DNA of 64,000 nucleotides, from the sequence record NC_020077.1; one strand, written 5' to 3'. Positions 29,048 through 39,060 of the stretch are shown piece after piece (position 1 is the stretch's first letter; every line of letters starts with the position of its first letter). A program made the position numbers and the translations under genes. The notes beneath the pieces are model-generated. The model ran no database searches. It was not told the DNA's origin and saw only the letters and a program-made list of their open reading frames with translations.

Positions 29048-31270
29048 ATGAGATTCAGAATAAGATACTTATTCATGTTAGCCTTTCTAATCTTTACGTT
29101 CACAATGATTGTATCTGCAGCTATTCAACAGATAAATGTCCTAGTCAACATTCCACCATCTCTAACTGGAAACAATTTGTTCTTCGTTATTCCATTGAAA
29201 ACTAATAATAACATAATAACCAATAATAACTTTTACGTTATCAATAATTATGGCTATTATGAATACGCTTATCTTTTCTCATCAACCCCACCATTATTAA
29301 CAGTATATCAGGCGCAGGCTACAAACACAACGTATTATGTTACGTTTGGAAATGGAATAACACCACAGTACGTTTCAACTAATATATACTCGAACCTTTT
29401 CACATTTTATCTGATAAATACTACAATTTTTAATGTAAGTGGCGTTACAGCAAGCGCTGGAATTGCGACCTTTGCAAACAATAGTCACCTTTGGTTCCAA
29501 CCATCTACGGTACGTTATGTTCCATCATCCGTCCTATTCCTTTACAACATTTTACCATCAGCAACCTTATCCGTTAGCCCATTAATATACTCTGGCCAAC
29601 CATTACAAGCTGGTGCTGCAGTATTCTTTAATCTATTTCAATCATCAACAACATACACATTCTCAGCACAATACTTGAACGTACCTTACCTTTTCCTAAA
29701 TTATCTACAATATCCTACCCTACAAATAACTAACAATCATGTATCAATCAATAATTTCCCACCAGTTCCAGTAAAGCCAGTTTCCGAAGTGATAGTAACT
29801 CAAAATCAAACCATCGTGTCAAACGTTACCTTCCACACTACTCCAATTATCACTCCTTCATCGTCATTCTCAACGACTTATATAGCAACCTTCACATCAA
29901 TCTATTCTCAAACTGGTTCATTCGTATATGGTTTAGCCCCACTCATCTTCACTCAATCAATGATAAATGGTTCTAATCTCTATGCATTAGAAAATGGAAA
30001 GTTTGTAACTGTGGGTACGGCACCTTCATCCTTATCCTTAGTCAACAATCCGCAAATGTTTGTAGTAAACTTAGGCAATAATCCAAAGAACGTAACATTA
30101 TATGGAGTTCCCATAAGTTCTACAATTGCTGTAACATATTCGAACGGTACAACTAAAACGTTTATTGCACAAGGACAAGTAGTTAACAATGTTGGACCAT
30201 TGAAGTTAACTAACTATGGCATTCCAGCTGGTAGTGGAATTACTACGATGGTAATTACTCTGCCAGGCTCTCAAGAAATCTACACTGCACAAATAGGCTT
30301 TACCGATTTCGTTCATACCTTTTATGTGAATCTAACAAATGGTTTTGCAAGTATAGATATTAATGGTACACAATTAGTTACACTTGGGCAAGTAGTTTTA
30401 CCAGCAAATATTGTCATCGGAACACAGCAAGTTGGTTCAAACACTTACCTTCTTGGTCTTGTGCAATCATACACTGGGCAAGTTTATAACTTCTTAGTAC
30501 CGCTAAACTATCCAGTCTATGACGTTGTACCTTATGTAAAATATGTTACATATACTGGCCAACCATTATTATTAACGGAAATAGGCGTTTATCCAGCAAA
30601 TGGCCTATTCTATACTCTAAGTGGACAAATTAAGCTTAGTATTTCTACACCTTATCCAATTACTGCTACGGTGGAAACAATAGTCACATCGCCTGGCTTA
30701 ACGCTTTCGATTAATAATGGTAAAGTAAACGTTTATACTAATTCTTCTGCATCTTCTTCAAACTTGGTAATAGAAGGGGCAAATGGTTACCAGTTACAGT
30801 TGATTTATCAAAACGTACAAACTACTACACCAATAACATCAAACTATTACTCTGTTCAGATACCTTCAAATATGCCGGCCTTAGTTTCAATTGATCCATC
30901 GTCAAGAGTAATAGTAGTTAATGCTAATGCTATTCAGCAGCAACAAGCACAATATATTAGCCAAAAAGTAACTCTAAACCAACCATTAAATGTTACAATA
31001 ACTCAATTACAAATTACGCCAATGAAAATACAACTACCAAAAACTAATACTAACGACGTAATTCAAGTTGGTGCGTATTATCTATTTGCGGCATTTGGAA
31101 TTTACTTGATAAGTAGAAATCTTGAAATCACTAACACAATATGGTATGGATCATTGCTGTTAAGTTTATTTGGTATTGTTATAGCTGCAATCACTTTTAA
31201 TGTAGCATATGTGATTTCCTCGGTTTTCATGTTTGTAGCTAGCTTTGGTTTAAGGCAACTTGGAAAATGA
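29048..31270 (+). CDS. Secreted, membrane-anchored beta-rich virion glycoprotein
   Basis: Signal peptide, T/N/Y-rich body with many N-x-S/T sequons, C-terminal TM helices. Confidence 0.7.
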   Translation: MRFRIRYLFMLAFLIFTFTMIVSAAIQQINVLVNIPPSLTGNNLFFVIPLKTNNNIITNNNFYVINNYGYYEYAYLFSSTPPLLTVYQAQATNTTYYVTFGNGITPQYVSTNIYSNLFTFYLINTTIFNVSGVTASAGIATFANNSHLWFQPSTVRYVPSSVLFLYNILPSATLSVSPLIYSGQPLQAGAAVFFNLFQSSTTYTFSAQYLNVPYLFLNYLQYPTLQITNNHVSINNFPPVPVKPVSEVIVTQNQTIVSNVTFHTTPIITPSSSFSTTYIATFTSIYSQTGSFVYGLAPLIFTQSMINGSNLYALENGKFVTVGTAPSSLSLVNNPQMFVVNLGNNPKNVTLYGVPISSTIAVTYSNGTTKTFIAQGQVVNNVGPLKLTNYGIPAGSGITTMVITLPGSQEIYTAQIGFTDFVHTFYVNLTNGFASIDINGTQLVTLGQVVLPANIVIGTQQVGSNTYLLGLVQSYTGQVYNFLVPLNYPVYDVVPYVKYVTYTGQPLLLTEIGVYPANGLFYTLSGQIKLSISTPYPITATVETIVTSPGLTLSINNGKVNVYTNSSASSSNLVIEGANGYQLQLIYQNVQTTTPITSNYYSVQIPSNMPALVSIDPSSRVIVVNANAIQQQQAQYISQKVTLNQPLNVTITQLQITPMKIQLPKTNTNDVIQVGAYYLFAAFGIYLISRNLEITNTIWYGSLLLSLFGIVIAAITFNVAYVISSVFMFVASFGLRQLGK

Positions 31271-31918
31271 TCAGAAAAATACTGGCCTTGCGCCAAATAA
31301 TGGTGCCCTATATAAGAAGAATGCTTTTGGTGCTAACAATATTAATTCAGCATCTCTTGTTGTTGGATCCATATACGCATAACCAAAAACTTCATACTTT
31401 AACTTCCATTTTTCATTATTATCTGGAGTGAAATAGTTTTCCATTGAAAATTGTGATGCTGGTGAGGCTGCTTCAGTTAGCACACAATGCTGGCTTTGTA
31501 CTTCATCGCAAAGCGTAAAGAGTTTGCGTAGTATTCTTGGTCTTTTATCTTTCCGTCTAAGTTTTTCTAATTTTCCTAGTGCAATATCTGAGAGATTGGC
31601 ATGTATATAAACCAAAACCTTTGCTGGTTCATAGTTTGCCAGAGTGTTAATAAATACTGAAAGATTCATTGGTGTTTGCATACGCATTTTATACACACGT
31701 TTTAGTTCTCCAGTCAAGATAAAGCCAAAAGGTCTGGCCTCTTTTACTAATGGCTTTAGTAAATATAGCTTAGGCTTCTTGTAGGACTTTAAAATATCAA
31801 CTGTGTAAGGCAAGTATGAGAGTTTAGGCGTTAAGGCTGGTTTTGGTTTTTTTGAAAAAATCATGTTACCCATGCTCCAAAATTGTATATTTTGGAGGAG
31901 ATTTAGGTATTTTTTCAC
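31271..31918 (-). CDS. Hypothetical basic protein
   Basis: ORF; start probably near 31864 (MIFSKK). Confidence 0.6.
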   Translation of the reverse strand: MKKYLNLLQNIQFWSMGNMIFSKKPKPALTPKLSYLPYTVDILKSYKKPKLYLLKPLVKEARPFGFILTGELKRVYKMRMQTPMNLSVFINTLANYEPAKVLVYIHANLSDIALGKLEKLRRKDKRPRILRKLFTLCDEVQSQHCVLTEAASPASQFSMENYFTPDNNEKWKLKYEVFGYAYMDPTTRDAELILLAPKAFFLYRAPLFGARPVFF

Positions 31919-32351
31919 ATGGAATCACGTAAATATGTAAGAGATCTTCTAGTCTTGCATCGCTAGTGGTTACTTTTGCGGTTTGCTCAACTTCAATGCA
32001 CGTTTCCCCTTCTTTTTTATCACTATTAGTAACATATGTAATTTCGATTATAGTATGATATGTATCATTATAAGGATATGATTTTACAGAATTAACTATA
32101 GCATCTTTTGGGACAGGGTAAAGTGAACTAAGCCTACTAACAAGGCCACTGACTATCGTGAACTTGATAAGTTCACGGCTTTTTGGATCATCAAAAGCTT
32201 GTAAAAACAAGTTTAAATCTTCTGGAAACGCCCTCTCAGGGTTTTTGTCTAGTAGCAGCACGTTTTTAAAAATTTTAACAATAAGAGTAATATCGTATGG
32301 AGGCTCTTTATTTTGACTACTAGATTTCCGTTCACTTGCGGTAGCTGACAT
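31866..32351 (-). CDS. Hypothetical protein
   Basis: 161-aa ORF. Confidence 0.65.
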   Translation of the reverse strand: MSATASERKSSSQNKEPPYDITLIVKIFKNVLLLDKNPERAFPEDLNLFLQAFDDPKSRELIKFTIVSGLVSRLSSLYPVPKDAIVNSVKSYPYNDTYHTIIEITYVTNSDKKEGETCIEVEQTAKVTTSDARLEDLLHIYVIPCEKIPKSPPKYTILEHG

Positions 32352-32383
32352 ATTTATTGATTATACCGTTGAGTTTATATTTG

Positions 32384-32707
32384 TTATGATTCTTGCCTTC
32401 TTATTGCAGTGACTAAAGCCAGTACGAATAAGACAACGAAGAAAAGGGCAAGTACAAATATTACTATATTTAATGTTGTACTTCCTTGTGCTGCTATTGC
32501 TTGCTGTTGTTGTATTGCTTTGCTGTAGTATTGTTCCCCTTCTGCCGAAACATTGCTAGTAATTTGGTATCCAAACACATCAAGCTTTGTCACTTGCGAA
32601 AGTATGATATCAGCCGCAAAATATAGCGTGGGGATGATAATAATCAGAATTATCAGTACTCTTATGTAAATAGCTGGTACCTTTAGCGGAGAATCATCTC
32701 TTGCCAT
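32384..32707 (-). CDS. Small two-TM hairpin membrane protein
   Basis: Two hydrophobic helices with an NVS sequon in the loop. Confidence 0.65.
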   Translation of the reverse strand: MARDDSPLKVPAIYIRVLIILIIIIPTLYFAADIILSQVTKLDVFGYQITSNVSAEGEQYYSKAIQQQQAIAAQGSTTLNIVIFVLALFFVVLFVLALVTAIRRQES

Positions 32708-32738
32708 AGTTTAAAAATATGCATTCATATTATTAAAT

Positions 32739-33104
32739 ATGCGACTAAAAGCTAACGGATCAACTCCGCCATTTTCAATAACAACATATCTACTCATCCT
32801 TCTCTTAGGCCCAATAGTCACACTGCTGCTTTACTTCTTCTTCTCTACTATGGTTCCACAACTCCTTAAAGCCAATAACCAAATAGCGGTATTATTATCA
32901 AACGTGACAAATATGAAGGTAGAGAATTATAGTGTTGAAAACGTGACTGTTCAATATTTGAATGGAAGTTATAACAATGCAGTAGGTCCAGTAGCAGCAA
33001 CAGTAGCATATTTTTCATACTTACTAACTAATCCATATTCAATAGCAATAATGTTTGGTATTGCGCTAATTTTCTACGCACTATTCTCAATCAAGAAAAG
33101 ATGA
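32739..33104 (+). CDS. Small two-TM hairpin membrane glycoprotein
   Basis: Two hydrophobic helices; loop with NVT, NYS, NVT and NGS sequons. Confidence 0.65.
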   Translation: MRLKANGSTPPFSITTYLLILLLGPIVTLLLYFFFSTMVPQLLKANNQIAVLLSNVTNMKVENYSVENVTVQYLNGSYNNAVGPVAATVAYFSYLLTNPYSIAIMFGIALIFYALFSIKKR

Positions 33105-33140
33105 TAAAGCTTAATTATTTTTTCTTTCCTACTTTTAAAT

Positions 33141-33254
33141 ATGGCGAAAAAGGATAACAAAAAACAACAAGCCACAAGAAGAACTGAGAATGTGGTTATC
33201 GCAAGAGTAGATCCTCTAATGGTTACTAAAAGTCTAGAACAAGCAAAAGACTAA
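33141..33254 (+). pseudogene. Truncated tandem duplicate of the 5' end of 33287-33835
   Basis: MAKKDNKKQQ...VVIARVDPLMVTKSLEQAKD* versus MAKKDKEEEQ...IVARLDPPLVIRNLEQAT; same T-rich upstream sequence. Confidence 0.65.
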
Positions 33255-33286
33255 AGATTTATTATTTTTCTTTCCTATTTTTAATT

Positions 33287-33835
33287 ATGGCCAAAAAGGA
33301 TAAGGAAGAAGAGCAAACCGCAAAAGCGTCTGATAGACCTATTGTTGCAAGACTAGATCCGCCACTGGTTATTAGGAATCTTGAACAGGCAACTGCAACA
33401 ACAAGGGTACCTATAGACAACATGACAGAAAAGGATTTACAAACTGCTAACCAGCTTGTGGCAACAGTTGCAAAGGATATCGAAGAATTGGTAAGGTCTG
33501 TTTATCTTGAAGGTTGGCAGAGATTCTCAATATCTGCATCAACACTAGAAGCAGACTTTAGCAGAATACTTACATCGATTCTCGAGGTATTAGAATCATA
33601 CCTCATCGAAATAAGGAAGTACATTCAAGCTAGACTAAAAGAGGCACTAGAGGCAAGAGATGTTGAAAAACTAAGGCAATATGGCTATATGCTAACTATT
33701 TTACAAAGGGCTATCGTCATCGCAATTTATAACATATTACAATCTATCGTGGGTAAAATAAAGGTCAACTTGCCTCTAACATATAACTCGCAAGAATATA
33801 ACCATACTGTGCTTGGAATTGCACACCTAGATTAA
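33287..33835 (+). CDS. Hypothetical helical protein
   Basis: 182-aa ORF. Confidence 0.75.
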   Translation: MAKKDKEEEQTAKASDRPIVARLDPPLVIRNLEQATATTRVPIDNMTEKDLQTANQLVATVAKDIEELVRSVYLEGWQRFSISASTLEADFSRILTSILEVLESYLIEIRKYIQARLKEALEARDVEKLRQYGYMLTILQRAIVIAIYNILQSIVGKIKVNLPLTYNSQEYNHTVLGIAHLD

Positions 33836-34068
33836 CGGTTTTTCTCATACAGTACAAACACTATATAGATTATGATGAATCCCAAAATGATAAATATAAT
33901 AGCCCAATAGAAATAAGTACTTATCGATGCATTGAATGCTGAGGTAGAACTGCCAGTCAATGTTAAAACTGTTGAATACAAATTTTGTATTATAACAGAA
34001 ATATCTAAGACGATAAGTACAACTATTCCAAGCAAAAACATAGCTAAAACAACATAAATAATGTTCAT
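33832..34068 (-). CDS. Small two-TM membrane protein
   Basis: 78 aa, two hydrophobic helices. Confidence 0.6.
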   Translation of the reverse strand: MNIIYVVLAMFLLGIVVLIVLDISVIIQNLYSTVLTLTGSSTSAFNASISTYFYWAIIFIILGFIIIYIVFVLYEKNR

Positions 34069-34691
34069 ATTTTTTTATTATTCATCTGCAGTTTTATTGC
34101 TTTCGCTCCAAACCTATACTTTGCAAGTATTATGGATAGCATGAAAAGGTTTTCTGGAATCCCATCAGGATACATAAATGGGAAGAATGGTATGTGTTGG
34201 ATATCATATCTTGGTTTATGTATAGGTCCTTCATCTACTGGGCAAATAGTACGATATTGTTTATGTTTAATGAGAAAGTGAGTGATGAGATCGCTCAATT
34301 TTCTGACTGAATAATTACAAGCTGGACAGAAATAAGCTTCTGGGTTTATGTTAAGCAGCTCATCAAGGTTCAGGCTTGACACTGTTCCAGCATAGTTCCT
34401 TTTCACCCAAACTACTAAACTTTTGTATGAAAATGCTGGGATGTAGGCCTCATCAAACAAATACGTTAGGATGGCTTCCATGATAAAACGTTTATATTTT
34501 TTGTATTCGCCAAAATCTGTTGTAAGCTCTTTTTCTATCCTTGTAAAATCTGGCGCTGAGTTATTTGAAATGTAGTATTTCAGTTTGTCTTCAAGATTCT
34601 TATCTGCCTTGCGGTGCGTCTCAATCAATATGTAATTATACTTTTTGCTGTACCTAACAATTGCTGGTATGTGCAGCTTCTTTAAGAACAT
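34065..34691 (-). CDS. C2H2 zinc-finger protein
   Basis: YFCPACNYSVRKLSDLITHFLIKH. Confidence 0.7.
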   Translation of the reverse strand: MFLKKLHIPAIVRYSKKYNYILIETHRKADKNLEDKLKYYISNNSAPDFTRIEKELTTDFGEYKKYKRFIMEAILTYLFDEAYIPAFSYKSLVVWVKRNYAGTVSSLNLDELLNINPEAYFCPACNYSVRKLSDLITHFLIKHKQYRTICPVDEGPIHKPRYDIQHIPFFPFMYPDGIPENLFMLSIILAKYRFGAKAIKLQMNNKKI

Positions 34692-34732
34692 GTATGCTAG
34701 TAGCTCACTTTCCTCTTTATCAGTTTTAAGTG

Positions 34733-35356
34733 TTATTTGAAATGTGCCTTGATGAATTCCAACACACCCCCTACAACTTTAAGCATCTTAAGCGAATAAT
34801 CAAAAAAGTACTCTGCATGTAGAGCTTCTTCAAGGTTTTTCTCGTTCACATTAAATAGTGTCATTATCTCTTGATAAAGCATCGTGCCCCTAATACGTAG
34901 TAAAAGGGCCTTAGTCTTCTCGATTATTACCTGGTATGCCTTCAGTTTTGTCAAGTATTCAGACTTCTCCTTGTAAACTGTTTCCAGGTGTGATAAGATG
35001 TTCGAGGCTTCATTAACAACTGCCTCAATGTTATAATCACTCGTATCTACAGTATCAATCACTAAATTTGTAATTGCTGGATTATTAGAAAATAAGGCAA
35101 CACATAATTTTATAACATGAGCGCGCTGTACAGCTTTGTCATTAGTGCTCTCAAGAACCTTCTTAGTTTTTTCAAATAATGGCCTTAAATGTGGGTATGT
35201 TGATAAGAATAGTAATAGGCTGTTGTAAACTGATATTGGGTGAGAAGATATTGTTAAGCTATTACACATGTTTAGTGCGAGAGAGATAGCGTCTTTTCGT
35301 TTATCAAGATCTTGTGGTGCTGCTTCAGGCAAAAGATAATCTAGTTCGTCACTCAT
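34733..35356 (-). CDS. Hypothetical helical protein
   Basis: 207-aa ORF, translationally coupled to the ParB-like gene. Confidence 0.7.
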   Translation of the reverse strand: MSDELDYLLPEAAPQDLDKRKDAISLALNMCNSLTISSHPISVYNSLLLFLSTYPHLRPLFEKTKKVLESTNDKAVQRAHVIKLCVALFSNNPAITNLVIDTVDTSDYNIEAVVNEASNILSHLETVYKEKSEYLTKLKAYQVIIEKTKALLLRIRGTMLYQEIMTLFNVNEKNLEEALHAEYFFDYSLKMLKVVGGVLEFIKAHFK

Positions 35357-36336
35357 CTTTGATCATCATCATGACTTCTAATATTCTTCAAAACTTTCTT
35401 AGGTAATTCAGCTTCAAACACAGGCAGAAGTGCATCATAAAGTTGTTTTGGCAATACTACAATAGCGCCGTTCTTTGCCCTTTCTTCAATGCTACTAATG
35501 TAATCATCAAGCTTTGTGATATTAATCAATCTTGTTCTTTTCTTAAACTTCTTTACCTTTTCACGCAACTTATTTTCCATTAGTTCCTTCACAGTTTTCA
35601 TATATTCGTCTTTATCCTTGATCTGTGAGAGAAGTAGTTTATATTTAGAAAAGAAAGATGGGCCATTCTGCAGAAGTAAGTCTACATCTTCTTTTGTTAA
35701 CCTCTCGCGTACGGGTATAGGGATTGCTTTGGCCATCGCTGAAACGTTAGTAGGGTAGAGGTTGTGGTATTTCAGATACTCGCTTAGCTTTCTGAAGAGA
35801 ACTGGATATTTTTTGAAGTGTTTTATTATTAAATCAAAAGTTCTTACGCTTAAGTCAACATTAGTCTCTTCAAGTAGCTCTAGAGTGTTATGATATGAGA
35901 GATTCACCCTTTCTCTCAACTCTTGTAATTTAGAATAGTATTCAAGCAATTGGCCCCTATCTATTGCCTTCCTAACGAAATTGACTGCGTAAGCTATTAG
36001 TTCTAGCTGATCTTCTGAACCATACACTATTCTGACTGGAATCATTACTTTATCCCATTTTCCATCATAAAGCTCACGTAATGCATAATATCTAACGTAA
36101 CCATCAATCAATAGAAAACGATCTTTGCTTGTCTTATCTTCTGTTACGATGAGGGGTTGAAGAAGTGATTCGTTCTGTATGCTTTCTTTCATTTTTTGGA
36201 TTTCATCTTCTCTTCTCGGGAAAAGCGTTGCAAACTTAGGATGCTCAAAAATGTACGATAAGGGAACGTTTGTTGAAACTGTGTTAGAAAGTATGTTAAG
36301 CTCTCTGAGTTTATCTAGCAATTCTACTGTTGCCAC
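35353..36336 (-). CDS. ParB/Srx N-terminal domain protein
   Basis: SIQNESLLQPLIV...FLLIDGYVRYYAL...IPV pattern, then a helical domain. Confidence 0.8.
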   Translation of the reverse strand: MATVELLDKLRELNILSNTVSTNVPLSYIFEHPKFATLFPRREDEIQKMKESIQNESLLQPLIVTEDKTSKDRFLLIDGYVRYYALRELYDGKWDKVMIPVRIVYGSEDQLELIAYAVNFVRKAIDRGQLLEYYSKLQELRERVNLSYHNTLELLEETNVDLSVRTFDLIIKHFKKYPVLFRKLSEYLKYHNLYPTNVSAMAKAIPIPVRERLTKEDVDLLLQNGPSFFSKYKLLLSQIKDKDEYMKTVKELMENKLREKVKKFKKRTRLINITKLDDYISSIEERAKNGAIVVLPKQLYDALLPVFEAELPKKVLKNIRSHDDDQR

Positions 36337-36424
36337 GTGATGTTATTATGCTTTAAATGCTTAAATATTTGCCTCTGAAAAAAATGCGAAATATAAAGAA
36401 AAATTGTGAATTGAATTCACAAAA

Positions 36425-38014
36425 TTATGAAATAAGCTTTGAATTAATTGTATCTATAAAATCTCTAAAACCTTGCTCGTCACTAATTATTGTTGGTGGG
36501 GGTTTTAAATCTTTCGCCAACTTCGTGTATTGTATCATATCTTGTTTACAATTTGTTTCCGCTGGGAAGCATATCTTTCCAGCATCAAAAGGTAAATCAA
36601 GCGTATTTGCCAAAATCGCTAAGAATGTTCTATAAACACTGTAAGGATCATAAGGATTTTCTGCAATAAGGCTTGCAATTGTTGATTGCAGTTTTGCTCT
36701 TAGCAAATCGTCGTAAAACGTGGTTGTTGAGATTTGCGCTATTTTCATCAATTCAACAGCCATATCACCAATTATCAACACAAACTTACTACTCTCTGTT
36801 TGCAATAAATGATCTAATACTTCAAGGTAGTATTGAGTGAATTTAGGCAGTGTGATTACACTAAGTGCATCTCTGAATAGCTCTACGGTGTTGAAATAGT
36901 CCAGCGGAGTAGCGCCAATTGTTGGAGTGAAAAGCGGCTTATTACAAACTTCGCTGAAGTATGCAACTACAAGTGTTTTATATAATGGGACATACCTTGT
37001 TACAAAGGAAATACGTAAGGGTGTAGAATCACACTTTATTCCTAAATTTTCTTGGAAGAAGCGAGTTAATAGTCTCTTTCCTTCATCTGGTATAGGCTTT
37101 TGTGTAATTAGCCTTGATACTCCCCTCGTGTTTTCCATACTTCCAGTGTATGCTCCAAGTATAAGGATTTGCTCAATCATCCTAAAGGAAAGGCCTCGAT
37201 TTACTGCTAATCTAGCAAACTCGTCAATTCCTAATTCCATGCCTTTGAATTTCACAGTCTTAATGCCTTTGAGATTAAGATAAGCTTGTATCGCTTCGTA
37301 GTCTGGCAATGGAAATGGCACTTGAATGTTGAAACGTGAAACAATTGCTTGATCTAGGGTATCAAGCTTCACGTTTGTTGTTGCAATTATTGAAATATGC
37401 TGTTTAGTTCTTTTCCATAAATTAAGCCTCTCTAAAACTTGGTTTATCAAATTTAAAGTAAGTGTTCCATATCCTTCTTCAGCACTCGTTGGCCTAGTAC
37501 GTAAAAGCCATTCGCCATCATCAAAAACGACGATTGAAGGTTGTTCGCTCTCAGCTTTAATAAAAAGTTCTTCTAAGTTCTTTTCCGATTCGCCTACAAA
37601 TTTACTCAAGAATGAATAAGGCCTTATCCAGACTGTTGTGAAACCATAGTACTTTGAAAGAATTTCGGCAATACTTGTTTTTCCAGTTCCTGGCGCGCCA
37701 TACAAAAGAACTGATTGGAAAGGCTTCTTTAGGAGAATATCGATTACATCTCCTATTTCCTTTGGGAAAATATAGTAATCAACATTTTCTGGGCTGACTA
37801 CTCTATAAATATGATTAAAGCGCAAGTTCTCTCTATCAATCTTAACATCAGAAATTAACTTTATGTTGCCTGGATTAGCAGCAAACCACGTTTGGTTGAA
37901 AACGCAAGGGTCTGGCTCAACAAAACGTACACCTTCAGTTTCAGAAGAAATTACTTGCCCATCTTTAATACTCCTAGTGGTGATAAGCTTTTCGCAAATC
38001 TCCATCCTTACCAC
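36425..38014 (-). CDS. AAA+ ATPase (ATV p529-like)
   Basis: Walker A GAPGTGKT, SKFVGESEK, Walker B IVVFDDGE, ATTN sensor, IVSRF arginine finger. Confidence 0.92.
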   Translation of the reverse strand: MVRMEICEKLITTRSIKDGQVISSETEGVRFVEPDPCVFNQTWFAANPGNIKLISDVKIDRENLRFNHIYRVVSPENVDYYIFPKEIGDVIDILLKKPFQSVLLYGAPGTGKTSIAEILSKYYGFTTVWIRPYSFLSKFVGESEKNLEELFIKAESEQPSIVVFDDGEWLLRTRPTSAEEGYGTLTLNLINQVLERLNLWKRTKQHISIIATTNVKLDTLDQAIVSRFNIQVPFPLPDYEAIQAYLNLKGIKTVKFKGMELGIDEFARLAVNRGLSFRMIEQILILGAYTGSMENTRGVSRLITQKPIPDEGKRLLTRFFQENLGIKCDSTPLRISFVTRYVPLYKTLVVAYFSEVCNKPLFTPTIGATPLDYFNTVELFRDALSVITLPKFTQYYLEVLDHLLQTESSKFVLIIGDMAVELMKIAQISTTTFYDDLLRAKLQSTIASLIAENPYDPYSVYRTFLAILANTLDLPFDAGKICFPAETNCKQDMIQYTKLAKDLKPPPTIISDEQGFRDFIDTINSKLIS

Positions 38015-38017
38015 TCT

Positions 38018-38860
38018 CTACAAGTGGACTGGTATGAGATGCTGTCCGGCTAGCAGTAAAATTATAATCAATATACCAGCGCCTAACATTACAAATGTAA
38101 GTATACTCTGCCATCTTTGTGAAGATTGCATTAATCTTAATTTCTCAATTCTTTGCGCTATTTTCGACCATTCTCTAATATCATTTCCAATAGCGACTAA
38201 TGTCCTCGTCATTGCTGTTGTGGCATCTATAGGGAAGGCTAACATTTCATCCGTTATAACAGTTTTAGGATCAACAGTGAATGCGAAAGCGTAATTATTA
38301 GCAATTGGAATATAACCAGCTATTTCCTTATTTGTTGTAATTATATCAACTATAACATCAAGGATAGTCTTTTTCCCAGTAGCAGCCTTGAGGAGATCTA
38401 GCTTTGCAATAGTGCCAAAATCGAATGCAGAAAACATAGGTATATCACCAACAGCAAAATAAACTGGCTTATTGTAGTTCTTTACACCAAACCTATAAGG
38501 CCTAGCGTATGGACTAACGAGAATTAAGTATAACGCGCCATTTTCAGTAGCATGAAGAAGACCTTGCCTAACATATCTCGCCGGCAAAATCTTTAATTCA
38601 TCAAGTTTAGAGTTGATTAAAACAACAATAGCATCAGCGTTTTTATGGTTAACTGAAAGGTAAGGTATTCTATTTGTAGAACGAGAGATAATAATAGCAA
38701 TAAAAGCAATTGCAAGAGTTGCGACAAGAATTATTGGCAGCAAGTTCGCTAAGTTAGCAAATAGTGGAGGTGCTTGAATAGAAATATGAGAACTTGTTGC
38801 TGCTGGCGGTGGGGCTACAGTACTAGATGTAGAAGGTGGTGGAGTAGGAGATGCTGTCAT
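38018..38860 (-). CDS. Membrane protein with N- and C-terminal TM segments
   Basis: ORF 38018-38911; ATG 38860 preferred (TTTAAATA about 25-30 bp upstream). Confidence 0.7.
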   Translation of the reverse strand: MTASPTPPPSTSSTVAPPPAATSSHISIQAPPLFANLANLLPIILVATLAIAFIAIIISRSTNRIPYLSVNHKNADAIVVLINSKLDELKILPARYVRQGLLHATENGALYLILVSPYARPYRFGVKNYNKPVYFAVGDIPMFSAFDFGTIAKLDLLKAATGKKTILDVIVDIITTNKEIAGYIPIANNYAFAFTVDPKTVITDEMLAFPIDATTAMTRTLVAIGNDIREWSKIAQRIEKLRLMQSSQRWQSILTFVMLGAGILIIILLLAGQHLIPVHL

Positions 38861-38884
38861 TCTATATATATTTAAACTACTTAT

Positions 38885-39060
38885 ATTTAAAAATACATTA
38901 TACCTTGTCACCCCACAGTTAGGAGGGGGTGTTGAGCCTCAACCTTACGATTCACTGTGGTTACCAACCACTCCACGTGAGGGTCATGGGCCCCCTTCGA
39001 GCCCCAAGGCATGAGGCTCACATCTAATTTTTTAGCTATATTCCACGCTGCTATAACGTC
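38885..39060 (-). ncRNA. Putative omega-RNA overlapping tnpB 3' end, guide in flank
   Basis: GC-rich block nearly identical in DNA between both tnpB copies, while gene bodies differ at synonymous sites; boundaries approximate. Confidence 0.6.
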
